From positions 21,263,541 through 21,318,917 of the forward strand of contig NC_068998.1 in NCBI RefSeq assembly GCF_001194135.2: 55,377 bases of DNA, read 5' to 3'. The stretch's first letter is position 1; each line of letters starts with the position of its first letter. This document shows positions 24,727 to 38,456 of this stretch, one piece after another. The notes below the pieces were generated by a model that saw only the letters and a program-made list of their open reading frames with translations, searched no databases and was not told the DNA's origin. The position numbers and the translations under genes were made by a program. The stretch is from Octopus bimaculoides (Eukaryota).

Positions 24727-25737
24727 TATATATATANNNNNNNNNNNNNNNNNNNNNNNNNNNNNNNNNNNNNNNNNNNNNNNNNNNNNNNNNNNNNNNN
24801 NNNNNNNNNNNNNNNNNNNNNNNNNNNNNNNNNNNNNNNNNNNNNNNNNNNNNNNNNNNNNNNNNNNNNNNNNNNNNNNNNNNNNNNNNNNNNNNNNNNN
24901 NNNNNNNNNNNNNNNNNNNNNNNNNNNNNNNNNNNNNNNNNNNNNNNNNNNNNNNNNNNNNNNNNNNNNNNNNNNNNNNNNNNNNNNNNNNNNNNNNNNN
25001 NNNNNNNNNNNNNNNNNNNNNNNNNNNNNNNNNNNNNNNNNNNNNNNNNNNNNNNNNNNNNNNNNNNNNNNNNNNNNNNNNNNNNNNNNNNNNNNNNNNN
25101 NNNNNNNNNNNNNNNNNNNNNNNNNNNNNNNNNNNNNNNNNNNNNNNNNNNNNNNNNNNNNNNNNNNNNNNNNNNNNNNNNNNNNNNNNNNNNNNNNNNN
25201 NNNNNNNNNNNNNNNNNNNNNNNNNNNNNNNNNNNNNNNNNNNNNNNNNNNNNNNNNNNNNNNNNNNNNNNNNNNNNNNNNNNNNNNNNNNNNNNNNNNN
25301 NNNNNNNNNNNNNNNNNNNNNNNNNNNNNNNNNNNNNNNNNNNNNNNNNNNNNNNNNNNNNNNNNNNNNNNNNNNNNNNNNNNNNNNNNNNNNNNNNNNN
25401 NNNNNNNNNNNNNNNNNNNNNNNNNNNNNNNNNNNNNNNNNNNNNNNNNNNNNNNNNNNNNNNNNNNNNNNNNNNNNNNNNNNNNNNNNNNNNNNNNNNN
25501 NNNNNNNNNNNNNNNNNNNNNNNNNNNNNNNNNNNNNNNNNNNNNNNNNNNNNNNNNNNNNNNNNNNNNNNNNNNNNNNNNNNNNNNNNNNNNNNNNNNN
25601 NNNNNNNNNNNNNNNNNNNATTCAATAAATCATAATATAATATAACTAAGCATTGTTGTGAAACCACGCAAGAATATTGAAAATTGTACTAGCGAAGGTC
25701 CCTACTTAATACACATGTGTACATGTGTAAGTGAGTG

Positions 25738-25794
<57 letters not shown>

Positions 25795-28619
25795 ATACAT
25801 ACACACACACGCATACACACACAAGTACACACACACACACACACGTACCTGCATACATATACAGACTTGTATATATGAGTGTGCGTGTGTGTTAAGATCT
25901 ATTACCTAAGCATAAACGTCATACTGAATTAATTACTGGGACTGTTCTTTCGACTTAATCCATTGAAATCAGTAAATCAACATGGCGGCAGTCTACTGAT
26001 AGAATTGTAATAAAACAATTAAGGTGCGCTTGAAATAATAAGTGGCCATTAGTAGAAGTTTTGCATAAAATATACCCATCATTAAAATTTCAAAACTTTT
26101 CTAATACATTAAGAAGTGTTTTAGTATTTTCTTCTATTGATATGATTGATATGTTTCTTACGGAATCCTAAGTGTCATAAATGGTATTTTATTGAGATAT
26201 ACTTTCGTAGATATATTTTATTTCAGCAAGTCATCAAGTGTAAAATTGTCTATGAATGGATATAATTAGAAGACATGCTAAGTCTTTTTAAACTTGTATC
26301 AATAAATTGTTTGAAAATGTTTAATAATAAAGAAATAATATCTAATATGCCAGCAAGTACAATGTGCCAGCAAGTACAATTTGCTGCCGTTTAGTCATTC
26401 AAAGACTTGATGCACTTTTTGTAGATAATAGCGAATTACTTTGTCGATGAGAATCAGAATTAATGAGACTGTATTTCAATGAGTTTCAATTAATAGACAC
26501 ATTACATTCTTTTATTAGTTACCATTATTAATACTTGGAAAACATGATAATCACGGTTTCCTATTCCACTTCAAGTAAAACATAGAGCAAGTATATATCA
26601 GAAAAATGAAAAGTTTACGTTTGCAAATGGTAGCATTTGTAAAGCGCGCAAACTTGTTTCTAGTCTCATTAATGATATTTTATGCCGTGTTTGATTACTT
26701 GTGAAGGGAAATCGCAACTTAAAACGGATGTTACAAAGGAATTTTGACCAGAAGAAACTGATATTAAACAAATGATTGCAATTGATTTCTTAATTACAGC
26801 GAGAAGAATGAATAATTTTTATCCTCTTAACTACAATAATATACAATATACATCATATTTTATATCTATGCAGATTTAGAAAATAATAACCACCTCGAAG
26901 TCTCAATAATTTCCCATTTCTCAGAATTGAAGCACATCATTGTGAAGTGTCGAGAGAACTCATTTCAGCCCACATTCTATCATTTCTAGTCTATCTAAAA
27001 GCCGGTTGTCTTGCAACACTGTTTTTCCGTATTTCAACAATTTACTCGCATTTGCGTCTAAAAATATTCATGTCTATGTACCGCCGACTCTACTTTAGCG
27101 GTTGCATAAACGTCATGTCTACATGAAAGCTATTCAACGGCCGTCTCGATAGAATCTCTTGTCACCAGCACTGTACAGTGTACACTAAATTACTTCGATT
27201 CACTCATAATAATATATATCACTGCCTGTACAAGTGAGAGTTATTGGCCATCTGCACATGAACCCGCTGCACACGCCATTAGTGCTTTTTATCTCTGCTC
27301 AGAGTCAAGCTATAAAAATAAAATAATTTCATGAAACCAGTTCCTTTCTTTCAGGAATGCTTTATATACTCTTCTTCATCTTTTTAGTTTTAGAAGAATC
27401 GTACAGAGCAAGAATATCCGACTGTGACTGAAGTGAATCATCAGCTTCGAGACACATAAAGGCTACTATATGTATCAAATACGTATTCTCCAGATTGTTA
27501 TTTGACAACAGCAAACACAGGCACAATCGTGCGTAGAAAGACACATATACAGACAGAGAGATAGACAGACAGACCGACAGACAGACAGACACAGAGTTAC
27601 ATATCCCAAAACACACACTGTATATATACATGTACATATATATATATATATATATATATANNNNNNNNNNNNNNNNNNNNNNNNNNNNNNNNNNNNNNNN
27701 NNNNNNNNNNNNNNNNNNNNNNNNNNNNNNNNNNNNNNNNNNNNNNNNNNNNNNNNNNNNNNNNNNNNNNNNNNNNNNNNNNNNNNNNNNNNNNNNNNNN
27801 NNNNNNNNNNNNNNNNNNNNNNNNNNNNNNNNNNNNNNNNNNNNNNNNNNNNNNNNNNNNNNNNNNNNNNNNNNNNNNNNNNNNNNNNNNNNNNNNNNNN
27901 NNNNNNNNNNNNNNNNNNNNNNNNNNNNNNNNNNNNNNNNNNNNNNNNNNNNNNNNNNNNNNNNNNNNNNNNNNNNNNNNNNNNNNNNNNNNNNNNNNNN
28001 NNNNNNNNNNNNNNNNNNNNNNNNNNNNNNNNNNNNNNNNNNNNNNNNNNNNNNNNNNNNNNNNNNNNNNNNNNNNNNNNNNNNNNNNNNNNNNNNNNNN
28101 NNNNNNNNNNNNNNNNNNNNNNNNNNNNNNNNNNNNNNNNNNNNNNNNNNNNNNNNNNNNNNNNNNNNNNNNNNNNNNNNNNNNNNNNNNNNNNNNNNNN
28201 NNNNNNNNNNNNNNNNNNNNNNNNNNNNNNNNNNNNNNNNNNNNNNNNNNNNNNNNNNNNNNNNNNNNNNNNNNNNNNNNNNNNNNNNNNNNNNNNNNGC
28301 GTTGTTGTTTTTTCGTGTTTTTTCTTGCTTGTTCATGTTTCGATTGACTATATATATATATATATATATATGCTCTCTCCCACTTGGTTTTAATATGTTG
28401 CCACATTTGTAATATGTCTTTTTTCTGCATTTTTCGTGCAGCTGAAGATTGCTCTTCATATTGCATTTAAGGTAATGCTCACATTACTTAAATAAATTGA
28501 AGTAGCATGAAACGTGCGTACTGCAATCACTTTTGAAATCCGTGTTGCTTATTGTTTGATTTTAATCACCCATCCTTTTGGGATTCGATATTCGGGTGCC
28601 TTCGCATAAGTACCATATT

Positions 28620-28787
28620 TAAGCCTTGAAGAATGGACAAAAATTGCTTTGGAAACAATTCAAACTTTGTACTAGTCCATACCTCATAGAATTCAAGCAG
28701 TAATTACTGCCAAAGGCGATCCTACCCTATATTAAAATAAATTTGTTCGAAATTTTAACGAGTTTCCATTATTTTGTCCAAGCCCTG
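28620..28787 (+). mobile_element. Tc1-like element, 3' end fragment with right TIR
   Basis: EEWTKIALETIQTLY*SIPHRIQAVITAKGDPTLY*; ends TTTCCATTATTTTGTCCAAGCCCTG|TA. Confidence 0.75.
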
Positions 28788-29409
28788 TATATTAATAACA
28801 CACACTCATACTCATATGTAATTTGATTTTTCTTGAAATCATGCGGTGGAAAGATATGTTGCTTTAAAGATCATACCATTTAGAAAGGTTGTGTTAAATT
28901 TTTGAATTTTCGAGGATCGAACCATTCTGTGAAGAATGGTACTAAAAGGTCTACTGTGCAATAGCCATTAAAAGTATTTTGTACCTCACAAATCCTTGTT
29001 CAGAAGTGAACATCGAAAGCAGCAGAAGGTTGGTGTAATTTCGGTTATGATTTCCAATTCAAGCGGTTAGTATTCATCGTACTACACTTCCATTTTTATG
29101 TTTTGCTGAAAATGTAAATATAATTTGAGTCTTAAATTTATGTTCAAATATACTTTATCTATTCCTTATTTACTAAAAGGCATTTCTGCGCAATTTGGTG
29201 TATATTTTATCTTATTTTATTTTTCACTTTTAATACGCTGAAAGGGGAATGCATTCAAACAGCTCCTTCTTATAATAGTCATAAATATTTATGAATTTAA
29301 AAAAAAAAAAGTTATTTTTTTTAGGTATATTTTGTGAAAATAACATTGAGTTAACAGAATAATTTGTTGAAAGCATATTTTGTCAAAAGAATATTATTCA
29401 GTATATAAA

Positions 29410-29513
29410 ATGCGTTTTTGCTACGTTTTTCTTAAGGATATGTAACGAGGAAAATATAATTATGCGTTTTTGCTATGTTTTTCTTCAGGTTATATAATGA
29501 GGAAAATATAATT
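29410..29513 (+). repeat. 52-bp tandem duplication
   Basis: ATGCGTTTTTGCTA...GAGGAAAATATAATT at 29410 and 29462. Confidence 0.9.
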
Positions 29514-30555
29514 AAGCAGATATATTGTATTTACACGTATAAGATAGAACATCTGTCAAACAATACAAGTATGGAGGAATAAATCTAAGCCTTCATTTAT
29601 TCCTCACATACGATCAAGCATTATTTATATCTTCGTCATTATGTTTCATAAATTATACTTTCTTAATTACATCTCTTTAAGATCTTTTAATGATTTTCAT
29701 ATAAAATATATGCTGTTTAAAATACTCCTTTAACAACATATTCTTTTAGCAAAACCCTTTTCAAAGAAAATGTTCTTTTAACAACATAAACCGCAAAATT
29801 AATATAAGATTAAAAAGAGTACTATAATTGAACCAAAAATGCATTAAAATGAACAAAGCTGATTAAAAAACTGAAACTTAAAGCTCAAATTGAACTTAAA
29901 GATTAATAAAAAAATCAAAATTAAACGTTATGCTGAATATTTAACTTATTGAAAGGTACAATTATGACCAAAATTTTAACACTCTTTTTATTGTGTTAGA
30001 TGTTCCATTGTGGATAAATATTTGCCGCAAATTACATAGACAACTGCAGAGCAAATATATGGTTATAAAATTTACACTAAACTGGAGGTAAATACGTAGA
30101 CAATAAACACTTAATCTGTGTTTCTTCTTTCTGCATTAACCATCAATAAAACTGTAAGTTAATCAATTATTTGAAACCGGGTAGTAAGAAACTGTAAGTA
30201 GAGCCGAAGAGCTGAAGGATTTCACAGAGGAATTCAACTTCGCCTTATGCAAGTGATTTCACTCTTAACTACTTATACTCAAAGTTTGCTGGGTCGCATC
30301 CATATCACGTGTCCTTTTCTTATCGGCATGTCAACTTTGAAGAATTTGGGATTGTTCAGATTGTCTCCCCCTCTCTTGTTTTTCTCCTGTCTTAATTGTC
30401 ATTTAGTAATTATGAAGTATCCTGTAGAGGTGTTGATCCTTTAAATAAATTAACAATTAATGCTATACGTTATTTGATATACCTGTATCTGCCTTGTTTC
30501 TCATATGCATGTAACTGGCCTCTGAGTTATTTATCTGAGCTTACATTTATTTGAG

Positions 30556-30619
<64 letters not shown>

Positions 30620-30854
30620 CACACACACACATATATATAGTGTACTGTTCCTTGGTGGTAATACCAATAAAAATGTACCGAAGTACTTCATTTGGTGAAA
30701 GATAAATGATATTTAATGAACATAACATATTTTATGAGCTATTTATATATATATATGTGCGTGTGTGCGTGTGTGTGTATGTGTGTTTACGTGCATGAAT
30801 GTGCTTGCGTATGTGTAATTGTGTGTGAGTGCGTGGGATTCTGCATATGTGTGT

Positions 30855-31100
30855 CTTTGGAAGAGCAACTGAGGAGACTGGTGGTAGAATTTGGAAGGGT
30901 GTGTGAGAGGTGGAAACTGAAAGTGAATGTAGCTAAGAGTTAGCCGATGAAAGTTTCGAGAGATAGAATGGCTGGTAGGATAAATGTGAGTATAAATGGT
31001 GAGATGTAAGGGGAGGTGGGTGTTTTTAAATATCTGAGATCACATGTGACGGCGGATGGGGTGGGGTTGGCTGAGGAAGTGGGATATAGAGTGAGGTCTG
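30855..31100 (+). mobile_element. RTE-clade LINE RT fragment
   Basis: EEQLRRLVVEFGRVCERWKLKVNVAKS...INGEM*GEVGVFKYLRSHVTADG...EVGYRV matches the RT C-terminal/thumb pattern (KYLGS) of RTE-like LINEs. Confidence 0.7.
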
Positions 31101-31354
31101 GAGAAATTTATTGTGGTATGCTGATAAGCGTCTGGGAAGAACTCTCATATCTCATTGATGTTGCCGGTGCTGCAGGTGTTGGCTACATTGAACACTTGTA
31201 AGACAGGAAATAAAAGTTGATTGTGAGTAAATAATTGTGACTCAGCTGGAGATTTCTATTGCCTTTCCTTGTTAAAATATAGCGTAATGAAATCGGTTGA
31301 TTCTTTTTGAATAACTCTCTCTCTATATATATATTAGATACACATACATGTGAA

Positions 31355-31765
31355 GGCGCATGGCTCTGTGGTTAGAGCGTCGAGGTTACGATCGTGAGGT
31401 TGTGAATTCGAATTCCGGACCGGGCTGCGTGTTGTGTTCTTGAGGAAGACACTTTATTTCACGTTTCTCCAGTTCACTCAGCTGTAGAAATGAGTTGTGA
31501 CGTCACGGGTGCCAAGCTGTATCGGCCCCTTTGACTTTCCCTTGGATAACACTGGTGGCGTGGAGAGGGGAGGCCGGTATGCATGGGCGGCTACTGGTCT
31601 TCCATAAACAACCTTGCCCGGACTTGTGCCTGCGAGGGTAACTTTCTAGGTGCAATCCCATGGAGGGATCTATTATGATACACACACATAAATATATTTA
31701 TGAAGCTAGGTCAAATCAAAAGGTAGTGTTCCAGCATGGCCGCATCCAATTGACTGAAATGTAGG
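31355..31765 (+). mobile_element. tRNA-derived SINE (second family), near full length
   Basis: A box GGCTCTGTGGTTAGAGCG and B-box-like GAATTCGAATTCC; 3' CCAGCATGGCCGCA...TGACTGAAA tail shared with 52465-52750. Confidence 0.8.
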
Positions 31766-31960
31766 NNNNNNNNNNNNNNNNNNNNNNNNNNNNNNNNNTT
31801 TAAAAGAGTAAAACAAGATATATATATAAAACAATAATAGCGGCATTTTGTCAGTGAATAGGTCGCGGTCTCACAACGACGAAAATATTTTGGCAAATTA
31901 AATTTAAATGTTTCAGTACACGATCCCAGATCAGGTCACTTGCTATCCAAGTACATCTCC

Positions 31961-32001
<41 letters not shown>

Positions 32002-33449
32002 AATCGTTTTTTTAGAAAAACAGAAATCCGGAGAAGAAGCAAACTCTAAGAAGTAGGGCGGTCTATATTAATTACTGGTGAAGGCCGGTTTATAGGGTTA
32101 CCCTGGGTTTCTCGTCACCGCTGGAAATGGATTGCTGATGAGAGTAAGGGATAACCCCCTACCTTTTATTCTCAGAGACGACAGGTTTCACGGAGAGGTA
32201 TCGGCCTGACAGAATGCAACAAATCAGCCAAGCCTATGCGTCTCTCATTGAATCACTTTTTACTACGTGTGCATCGTGATTCAGTGTTTATCTGCTGAAT
32301 TATCGGTGACCGCATTGCCGTAATCTCCAATACTGTCCACTTCTGTGCGGAAAATAACATCTTTTATTTCTCCTTAACAGTCTGCATGCAATCTTTATCT
32401 ACATGCAATCTAGACATCTCACGCCAAAATTGCATTTATTCCATTACTGACTCTGGAAAACATATACCACTCCTCTCTAAGTGGTAATAAACACAGACAG
32501 AATGCCCAGGTTCACTACGAAATCTAGGCCACATCATAAATAATGATTTTTCTTAGATAACATACATTTTTGATATAGCTAAGAACTGCATGACAAAGAC
32601 TGGTCTGAGGCGGCTCTATCTGAAAAAAAACTACAATTCCCAAATATGTAGTAACACTTTGCAATGCCCACATGTCTCCTAGAATCGAGAAATTTTCCCA
32701 CATGATGCTGCTTCTATACGCATAAATATTCTCTCAAGCATCCAGAGAAATGCCACACTGCAGAATGTTATGAAATAGCAAGCACACACTTTCTGCCATC
32801 TCTATCGCTACTACATCGTTCTCTGTCCTCAGGGCTGTTTGTTATATGTCATCTTCACTAAGGCATTGTATTATTATTGCCTTAACAAATAATTCTAATT
32901 CATTTGAAATAATGGTGTTCTAAACGAAAGACTGTTATTAATTTTTTAATATGTTGGCTCCACCTTTATCATTGATATGGCTTTATCTCTCTCTTGTAAT
33001 GTATTGACCGTCGTAGAGAATATACAATGAAACCGTAACAACAAATCAGAATTTCTCGGCAGAATGACAAAGAAAGTTTCACAATTGAGAAATTTCTAAA
33101 GAAAAGTAATAATGATTTATAACATGGCCACAGGCATCAAAATTTTAAGAGAGAATACAGTCGATTACGATCGACCATACTTCCTAAATTGTTCTTCTTT
33201 TAATGTATCCAGAAGAATAAAATCCGAACTAAAAGGGGCGGAACTAAATTCCGAACAAGAAGAGACGGAACTAAATACTGAAGGCATTCATTTCGTTACT
33301 TTAACGTTTCTGCCAATCCACACCCACCATTCCTGTCAATCCACAATCCACTATTCATGCATATCCATCCCCTCTTATTTTGTCACTCGAGGTCCTCCCT
33401 AAGATCTAATATTGAATTTTTACATAGATACAGAGTATCTAAATGTAAT

Positions 33450-33700
33450 AGTTTCAGATTTTTGGCACAAAACCAGATAGTTTAGGGAAGGGGGTAAGTT
33501 GATAGCATCGAGCTCAGTACTCAACTAGTACCTAATTTATTGACCCCGAAAGGGCGAAAGGCAATGTCGATCTCGCTTCAACCTCGCCTCGACCTCGCCT
33601 CGACCTCGCCACGATGTAGTTTGAAGTCAGAACGTAAAGATGTACAAAATGCCGCCAAACATTATGCCCGGCATGCTAACGATTCTGCCAGTTCACCTTA
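33450..33700 (-). mobile_element. tRNA-derived SINE with an internal 11-bp tandem expansion
   Basis: Same family as 5699; TCGACCTCGCC-like unit x4 at 33567-33610. Confidence 0.8.
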
Positions 33701-36700
33701 AAGTATCCAAGAATAGAATAGTAGATTTTACCGACTCCATTACCTGAAAAGAAGTTAATAAATATATATTGTCCAATGCTTGGTACTATTACGTCGTATC
33801 ATCAACGTGATCTTGACAAATAAGAATTATCGCAGAGCCTAAGTCTTCTACACCCGTAAAATTCGGTAAGCTTATCTCGAGGGACGAGTGTATAATCGAT
33901 TCTACTTTCAAATATCTACTCAACAGAAAAAGGAGAGCATTTAAATTTATATACGCTGTTGAGAACACTTAGAAAGAAAGATGACTGGACGTCATTACTG
34001 TAATAAATTTTGTACTGTACTTGAAAGCTGCGAAACGTATCATAGCGGTGCGGGGCGGGGGAATCTACTTTAGTAAAGAGCTTGAATACATTTTGATTGA
34101 TACAGAGTTACTTGATCATCAATGAGTATCACAGTGAAGTACATACATCATTGTTGTGATTTTCAGGAATCAATATTGATCCAAACGCGTAATTCACATT
34201 TTAGAAGTTGTCGGACTAAGGAAGTTGCCTTATCCTCTGGTTTATTGTACATGGCGAGTAGATACGTGTACAAGTCACATACGATTTCACATTCTTCTAC
34301 TGACTGTAATTAACTTAACAATGTTACATGATTACATTATATTTACTACTACATCCACTGCAGAACTAATGAAAGAGTATTTAGAAGCAAGTCAAAGAGT
34401 TAATGATTGAAACACAAACCGTAACAGAAAGACATAATCATTTCTACGAATATAATTTAATCGTGGAAAGTGCAGATAGTACACTAATTTTTTGGTTTGT
34501 TATCATCATTTACAGAAATTGCTGGAGAGATATAATTTGATATATACCCATCTTCTGTTTACACGTTAATACTATCATCATTTCTGTATGATTGCTTTTT
34601 GTTTGCTAACAAACTTTTATGGCAACCATTTTTCAGCTTTCATCAATAGTTTCAGGAGCTTCTCATAGATGGGTAGGTGAGACTCAAATTGAATTTAGAC
34701 GTTCTGGTGAGAGAGTACTTTAATCACCTAATTCAACTAATGGAAAAGTAAATGTTAGTCGAACATGTTTTCTAACGTATAAAGCTTTTCTAGGAGAAAC
34801 TCAATCAGGAAATAATTTTGTCAGTGTCGGATGAATAAGGATGAACTTAATTATGTGCGCTCTTCTGTGTAAAACTGCGTGTAACGTTAAACATTACACT
34901 ATATAGTGATTGTTGCATGTTTAAGATCTATAAGTCATTGTGCTAATATTCATTAAAGCAAGTGGGATTTTTCCTTATTTTATCGCTTTTGTTTTTCATT
35001 TGAAGCAATGATTAGTTTGCACATTGTTATCCACAAATTGAAATATCATAAAAATAATGAGAAAACTTGTTTTTAAATAATTAATTCCACTTATTACTCT
35101 CTTAAAAATCTGCACTCCGTTTGTAATTTCAAATGCTAATCCTTTAAATTAACTATCTGTTTCAAAAGCTCTAACATCTTGCTCCCGGGGTGGGATGGAC
35201 TCCTGATCAGTAATATGCCGGAAGAATGCTAATACTATTGAACTGATGATTTCCATGAAGTTGGTTTAAAATGTCAGTAATGACATGGAAACGCATCTAG
35301 CTGCGTGCCTCTAGATGCGTAACAATCGTTAATCACATTTTGTTATCCATTTTGTCGATTTCAATAACTGAAGAACACTATGTCGACTATAAGGACATAA
35401 TTATTCCTTCCGCCAGCTATTCATTAATTTTATCAAAGAAAACATATTCATATTTTAGCTTAAGCGGAAGTTGATCTTTTCCGATAACAGTATGATTCAT
35501 AGCTTTATGACGCAATACAAGTTGTGACAAACTGCCTTTCTGTATATTTCAGTGTTTCTTCCTCGACAAAATGACGCTGTAAATTTATGAAATTTTATTT
35601 ATCTAAGTGAAAGGATGAAATCATTAACAAGTTTTCAAGGCTGATGGGTTAAATGAAAATTATTTTACTAATTCACTGAGTATTCTTTTGTAACTTCAAC
35701 CTACACTTTTGAATTTCAGGTCACATTATTCCCAGGCTGCAGATGTTCCCTGACTTAATAAAATTACATCTAATTTATCATTCTTATCTCGCTTCATATG
35801 TTTAAGATATCTTTCAAACAGGATAATAATTGTAGCAAAGCCAGTCCAAAATTATCTTCCAACATTGGAATTGATTCGTATTGATAACATAGTTGATTAT
35901 AAATAAAAAAAAAATCCGTAATGGGAAAATTGTCGTCATTCGTAATTTTAGGGCGCCAGTATCCAATCATAGTTGTATTTCAAAACATCTAAAGATGAGG
36001 AGTAACGAAATTATATCACCTCATATTCTTATAAGCAAATAGTACGCATATGGACTCGTGTGAACTTGTCCACCTCTAACCCATTGAGTAGAAAGTAAGC
36101 ATGACTATATAATTGTATAATATTCCCTTACACTTACGTTGGTTTATTTACTTTCGACCAGCGTAAAGGAAGTTTTGGTACAATCTAAGGTAAGGCTATA
36201 ACTAGACCGTGATTTATGTGATTTACAGGAACAGTAGTCGGAGTAGATGAAGACTATTTTAGCCGTAGGCCAGATATCAGTGAAGAAATCTTTGATGAAT
36301 GGCATTGTGGCCGCCCCTATCTTTTCTTTTGTTTTTAGCAAGACGTTATAAGGATCACATAGTCTGACATGCCTTTTATTTTCTAAGACAACACAGTAAG
36401 TAATGATTTGAGTGATGTTTAGCTGTTATTTCTGATGAGACGAGTCACGTTCGCTCATGCATTAATTTGTTTAATCAAGTGATATTGGTATATAACACAG
36501 TTTTTATTATCTCCGTTTCAAGGCTATTGTGATTATCACCCTATAAAACAGTACGACATCGTATATGAACTGTATAAGGTTCCATAACACACAACAGCGC
36601 TTCGAATATACAAGTGCGGAAGTATATGTGTGAGGTAACGCTGCAGTAGAAATATACAGAAATACTATTCTAAATTTGTTGATATTCCAAACTCTATGGT

Positions 36701-38456
36701 CGAATGTTGCAGTCACTCAACATTGGTCTTTAGTAGGACCTAAAGTATGTATCCTGAACGTAGCTGCGTAAATTATAACCTTCATATATAAATTAAATTA
36801 TTACCTTCAACTATAAAGCTGACACGGAACATCATTTATGCTGAATTATTGCCAGTTTTTAGATTCTCTTTGTGAAGAGAAAATTTACAAACGTTGCCAT
36901 GATTTATTCATCTATAATTTATAATTATTATTTACTACGTTGATTTTGTTATTGTTCATTAGGAAATTAAATTTGGCCGAGTAGATACGTCGAAACTTTT
37001 CTACTTTCGCCATTGTTATAAAATACTCATGAAATTTATCAGTCATAATATAAAGCAAAACATATATTATACTAATGTAAAATCGGATATGTCCAGAACA
37101 CATCTAGCAAATGTCTCAAGAGGCGGGGAACTTTTCAATTGGGAAGAATGTTAAGAAAGAAGCTGATGAATTACGAGATTGTTCTGATCCTGGTCTGAAA
37201 TTAAGTGCGTGAATGCAGTAAGGACGACTACAAAATTACTAATATACTGTTCTAGAGAGTCATAGATCGCGATTTTTGTAGCGGTAAAAATATGTCTGCT
37301 TTTAGGCAGGACTGCAATATCAGAAACATCAGGCTACAATCTAATATATATTGCAGTGATATAAATAACAATTACGCATTCATTCAGTTTATGTTTAATG
37401 CAATTTGGGAAAGAAATAATCTATTTATCATATGGAAAAAGTATTTATATAAGACAAGTGTAATAGCTTGTGCTAATGAATCATTTCACAAATAAACGAT
37501 GGCCATAAGAACACAAGATATTTCACTTTGAAGAATATTATTTCACAGAGAGCGTAAGTAGTTTTTGATATATAGAAACACTGTTCATCGAACATTGAAC
37601 AAACAATACATACATACATACACACATACATACATATGTGTGTGTATATGTGTGCATACACACAAAAACACACTCACACACACACATACATGTATATGCA
37701 TAAATATCTATATCCTGTCTGTCTATCTAGCTAGCTAGTCATATACATATATATTTTATCCTAAGTTGAAGTATAATAGACCTTTGTTATTTCAACTTAT
37801 TTGTCAGACTTCTAATTGTCGGCTTCTAATTACTGCAGCATTCCTCCTGTTCAGATTATTCTCACAATCATAGGTTTAATGATATATAGAACAATTTATT
37901 TATTATAATTGACTGTAATGTCCGAAAGCCCTGTAGTTGTAAAATCCATTAATTATATTAACTTGCACGTCGTTATCGATCAGTTTAGGTCAGTCCATTT
38001 CATTTGTTTCACGGAGATTCTAACATTAGATTCGATAAAGTTTCTCTAGTACAAAAATGAAGTAAATGCTTTCTAAAATATGTTTATGTCTATTGAATCA
38101 TAGTTAATACAAATAGTTTCTAAGATTGTTAAGTTAGTGGAAGAATTTTAGATTTATTCCTTTGCTAAGTTATTTCTAACGTTCAATATAGAATCTATAG
38201 TAATTTCCATGGAAACACTAAAAATGTGCATACAATGACAACCCACTTAACATATGTTTGTTTTATTTTTACTTTATTTTAGAATACCATAAAAAAGAAA
38301 TCATCATATTCTTCCATATCATCAGTCATGTGTGTATATAAGAACGCATTTATTTGAGAAATGCTGGCTCTTCTCTTCGAGGAAGCAAATCTCCCCTATG
38401 TATTTAAAGAGTATGGTAAATTGAATAACATGATGTATTTGCATTTCTCAAGATAA

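Noticed and set aside
31355-31430. tRNA gene-like A/B boxes (also at 1296, 52015, 55038)
   Set aside because: No complete cloverleaf, and three of these continue into or match SINE sequence, so they are SINE heads.
32050-32340. GC-richer patch with CTGATGA (32136), a stem, and a possible 49-nt exon GYPGFLVTAGNGIADE
   Set aside because: No GAAA for a hammerhead, no terminal stem for a C/D snoRNA, a weak acceptor and no recognisable homology.
33112-33402. 96-aa ORF with a repeated ELNSE/ELNTE segment
   Set aside because: It reflects a short GAACTAAA repeat; the C-terminal half has a different low-complexity composition and no family is recognisable.
36432-36451. CTGATGA-GACGAGTC-ACGTT, resembling a fourth hammerhead
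   Set aside because: The GAAA core is absent, the stem II loop would be 2 nt, and there is no stem I.
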